Source of the DNA: Erysipelotrichaceae bacterium
GTDB lineage: Bacteria > Bacillota_I > Bacilli_A > Erysipelotrichales > Erysipelotrichaceae
Reading direction: 5' to 3'
Assembly: GCA_003543215.1 (NCBI GenBank)
Contig: DPJD01000001.1
Span: 326,188-390,187, forward strand
Length of the DNA stretch: 64,000 bases
Shown here: positions 61,894 to 64,000 of the stretch, piece after piece
Layout: every line of letters begins with the position of its first letter
Numbering within the stretch: the stretch's first letter is position 1
The notes under the pieces: generated by a model
Told to the model about the DNA's origin: nothing
Seen by the model: the letters and a program-made list of their open reading frames with translations, nothing else
The model's database searches: none
Made by a program: the position numbers and the translations under genes

Positions 61894-63004
61894 TCAAAGA
61901 GCGTTCATTTGAATAGATCTCATCGATGACACCACCACCTAAACAAATATGATCAAGGTAAAAGACCGCTTCTTGACCCGGTGTAACAGCAGAAATGCCT
62001 TGTGGATAATGGACCCGTACAGAGCCATCCTCTAAGCATTCCAGTTGGACATCTTGGTCCTTTTGACGATATCTAAATTTCGCTTTACAGGCGAATTTAC
62101 TTTCTTTTAAAGGATTGAACCAATTCAAATCCTTAACCAAACACGAAGTGGATTTCAACCAAGGATTATCTTCGTTACGAGCCACATAAAGCTTATTGGT
62201 CTGAACATCCTTGCCCACTACAAACCAAGGACCTTCAAAGGCATTGATGTCCAAGCCTTTTCGTTGGCCTAAGGTGTAATACAACACACCGATGTGTGAC
62301 CCAATGATTTTGCCCGTTTCGATATCGACGATCTGACCACTCTTAGCCGGTAAGTAATTACGCAAGAACTCTCTGAATTTACGTTCACCGATGAAGCAAA
62401 TACCGGTGGAGTCTTTCTTTTTGGCCACATTCAATTCCAGCTTAAGCGCAATCGCTCGTACTTCAGGTTTCTCAAGTTCACCTAAAGGGAAAAAAGTTTT
62501 CTGAAGCGCCTCTTGATTAACTTGGCAAAGAAAGTAACTTTGATCTTTATTGGTGTCGACGGCTTTCAACATTTCGGAATGATCGGAATAATGTTTGACA
62601 CGGGCATAGTGACCTGTCGCCACATAGTCAAAACCACGCTCTTGGGCGAATTTAAAGAAAGCATCAAATTTGATGTATTTATTGCATAGAATATCGGGAT
62701 TGGGTGTACGTCCCCGTGCATATTCTTTAAGAAAGGTTTGAAAGACATCATCCCAGTATTCCGTGATGAAATCAATACGATGCAGAGGTAGACCAAGCTT
62801 CTTGGCGACTTCAACCGCATCGTTATAGTCTTGTTCCTGCGTACAAACAGCCTCATCCAAGGTTGGATTACCCAAGATGTCATTATTGGTCAAAGAATCC
62901 CAATTGCGCATGAAAGCACACTCAACTTCGTGACCTTGTTCTTTTAAGAGATAAGCAGCGACGGCGGAGTCCACACCACCGGAAAGTCCAACTAAAATTT
63001 TCAT
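61862..63004 (-). CDS. mnmA: tRNA 2-thiouridine(34) synthase MnmA
   Basis: KILVGLSGGVDSAVAAYLL PP-loop, TPNPDILCN, DQSYFL motifs. Confidence 0.95.
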   Translation of the reverse strand: MKILVGLSGGVDSAVAAYLLKEQGHEVECAFMRNWDSLTNNDILGNPTLDEAVCTQEQDYNDAVEVAKKLGLPLHRIDFITEYWDDVFQTFLKEYARGRTPNPDILCNKYIKFDAFFKFAQERGFDYVATGHYARVKHYSDHSEMLKAVDTNKDQSYFLCQVNQEALQKTFFPLGELEKPEVRAIALKLELNVAKKKDSTGICFIGERKFREFLRNYLPAKSGQIVDIETGKIIGSHIGVLYYTLGQRKGLDINAFEGPWFVVGKDVQTNKLYVARNEDNPWLKSTSCLVKDLNWFNPLKESKFACKAKFRYRQKDQDVQLECLEDGSVRVHYPQGISAVTPGQEAVFYLDHICLGGGVIDEIYSNERSLSEAIAGISHA

Positions 63005-63023
63005 AGAATGATTATACCATATT

Positions 63024-63051
63024 AAAAAAAGCTGTTCTTCTAAACAGCTTT
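63024..63051 (-). terminator. Intrinsic terminator after the spx-like gene (minus strand)
   Basis: Minus-strand AAAGCTGTT-tagaag-AACAGCTTT followed by TTTTTT; the stop codon lies in the loop. Confidence 0.7.
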
Positions 63052-63504
63052 AAGACGAGGTTGATTTGCTTGATCTAGACTATCACGCGTTTGACCACAG
63101 TGTCCATAACTTGGACAATCGGGAGTACATGCATCACAAGCGACACGGCGTAATTCCTGAGGTACAAAGGCACCAATTTCTTCTTCATCATAACCCACTA
63201 AGAAGTTGCGTTCATTGATGATGATGGGGCGTTTGAGAATCGAAGGATTCTGTTGAACGAAACGCACAAGATCTTTAACCGACATTTCTTCTACATCGAT
63301 TTGTTTTTCTTGAATGATTTTCGAACGTTTCGAGATGATATCTTCGGTTCCATTCTCACTGCGCATCAACAAGTGACGGATTTCATTTTCATTGAGTAAC
63401 GTTGAAAAGATATTCTTTTCAATGTATTTTAAATTACGATCTTTTAGCCATTGTTTTACCTTACGGCAACTGGCACAACCTGGGGAAGTGTATACAACAA
63501 TCAT
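63040..63504 (-). CDS. spx: Spx/ArsC-family redox-sensing regulator with a Cys-rich C-terminal extension
   Basis: MIVVYTSPGCASCRKVKQWLKDRNLKYIEKNIF... aligns with B. subtilis Spx through ...GYDEEEIGAFVP. It ends in VACDACTPDCPSYGHCGQ... ATG 63504 follows GGAGG. Confidence 0.8.
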   Translation of the reverse strand: MIVVYTSPGCASCRKVKQWLKDRNLKYIEKNIFSTLLNENEIRHLLMRSENGTEDIISKRSKIIQEKQIDVEEMSVKDLVRFVQQNPSILKRPIIINERNFLVGYDEEEIGAFVPQELRRVACDACTPDCPSYGHCGQTRDSLDQANQPRLKAV

Positions 63505-63781
63505 GGTATGTCCTCCATATTTCATAATTATACACAGACTTCTTACTTTTTAAAAGAGAAATTTATAAAAAGTGAAGAATGTCACATTATGTTCACATTT
63601 AGCCACGGATATAAACGTTCAAGCAAAGCGCTTTTTTCCAGTATACGCAAATTAATTCAATATAGATAAGAAGATGTAACATAAATATATTAACTTTCTG
63701 AAAGTTTCAATAATATTGCAAATTTCAATTGACGCAAGGGTATGGCTTCTGTACACTTTAGCTATCTTTTAAGGGGTTCAT

Positions 63782-64000
63782 ATGGAAAACACAACACAAC
63801 GTAAGTTTGGCTTAATCACAACCATCGCGATGATTGTCGGCATCGTCATCGGTTCAGGCATCTTTTTTAAGACTGATAATATTTTAGCAGCCGTCAATGG
63901 CTCGGTATTCCTCGGTGTACTCGCCTGGGCACTTGGTGGTTTTGGCATCATCTTTGGTGGCTTGAGCATCGCGGTTTTGGCGCGTTGTGATGAACATGTC
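63782..64000 (+). CDS. Amino acid permease (APC superfamily), N-terminal fragment running off the window
   Basis: MENTTQRKFGLITTIAMIVGIVIGSGIFFK is a typical APC TM1 motif. RBS AAGGGG. The frame is open to base 64000. Confidence 0.6.
   Translation, partial: MENTTQRKFGLITTIAMIVGIVIGSGIFFKTDNILAAVNGSVFLGVLAWALGGFGIIFGGLSIAVLARCDEHV

Overview
This 64 kb window comes from a low-GC Firmicute (Bacillota) chromosome that uses the standard genetic code. The backbone is housekeeping and Bacillus-like in order: dnaI(3' end)-pfkA-pyk-glcK-pepS ... T-box-thrS ... proS ... L20 leader-infC-rpmI-rplT ... rdgB, trmL, S-box-metK, recD2, mnmA, spx.

Several accessory cassettes are inserted between these blocks:
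- 4985-7656: an orphan DinJ-like antitoxin, then a translationally coupled XRE-ImmA-PIN triplet directly upstream of the thrS T-box.
- 15.5-22.9 kb: an AT-rich, all-plus-strand nucleic-acid-conflict island. It holds a MazG-like NTP pyrophosphohydrolase, a DUF2075 nuclease/helicase-like ATPase, McrB with a long N-terminal extension, McrC, an unknown 226-aa protein and a macro-domain/HTH fusion.
- 25.1-26.1 kb: a HicA toxin followed by two tandemly duplicated HicB antitoxins.
- 26.2-30.9 kb: a PRD-regulator/ascorbate-family PTS operon ending in a SIS protein.
- 35.3-36.2 kb: a Phd antitoxin plus a frameshifted ParE/RelE toxin, bracketed by 23-bp direct repeats.
- 40.5-41.2 kb: an apparent type III toxin-antitoxin locus. 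Most of it is invisible in the ORF track. It consists of a promoter, two 46-nt direct RNA repeats each with a conserved hairpin, an intrinsic terminator, and then a ToxN/AbiQ/CptN-like ORF.

Other oddities are Cys-rich C-terminal tails on RidA and on an Spx paralogue, a DUF1461-TraX fusion, a non-AUG (ATA) infC start and a divergent S-box. I found no rRNA, tRNA, CRISPR array, transposase or integrase.

All calls rest on reading the translations and the DNA by eye. No database search was run.
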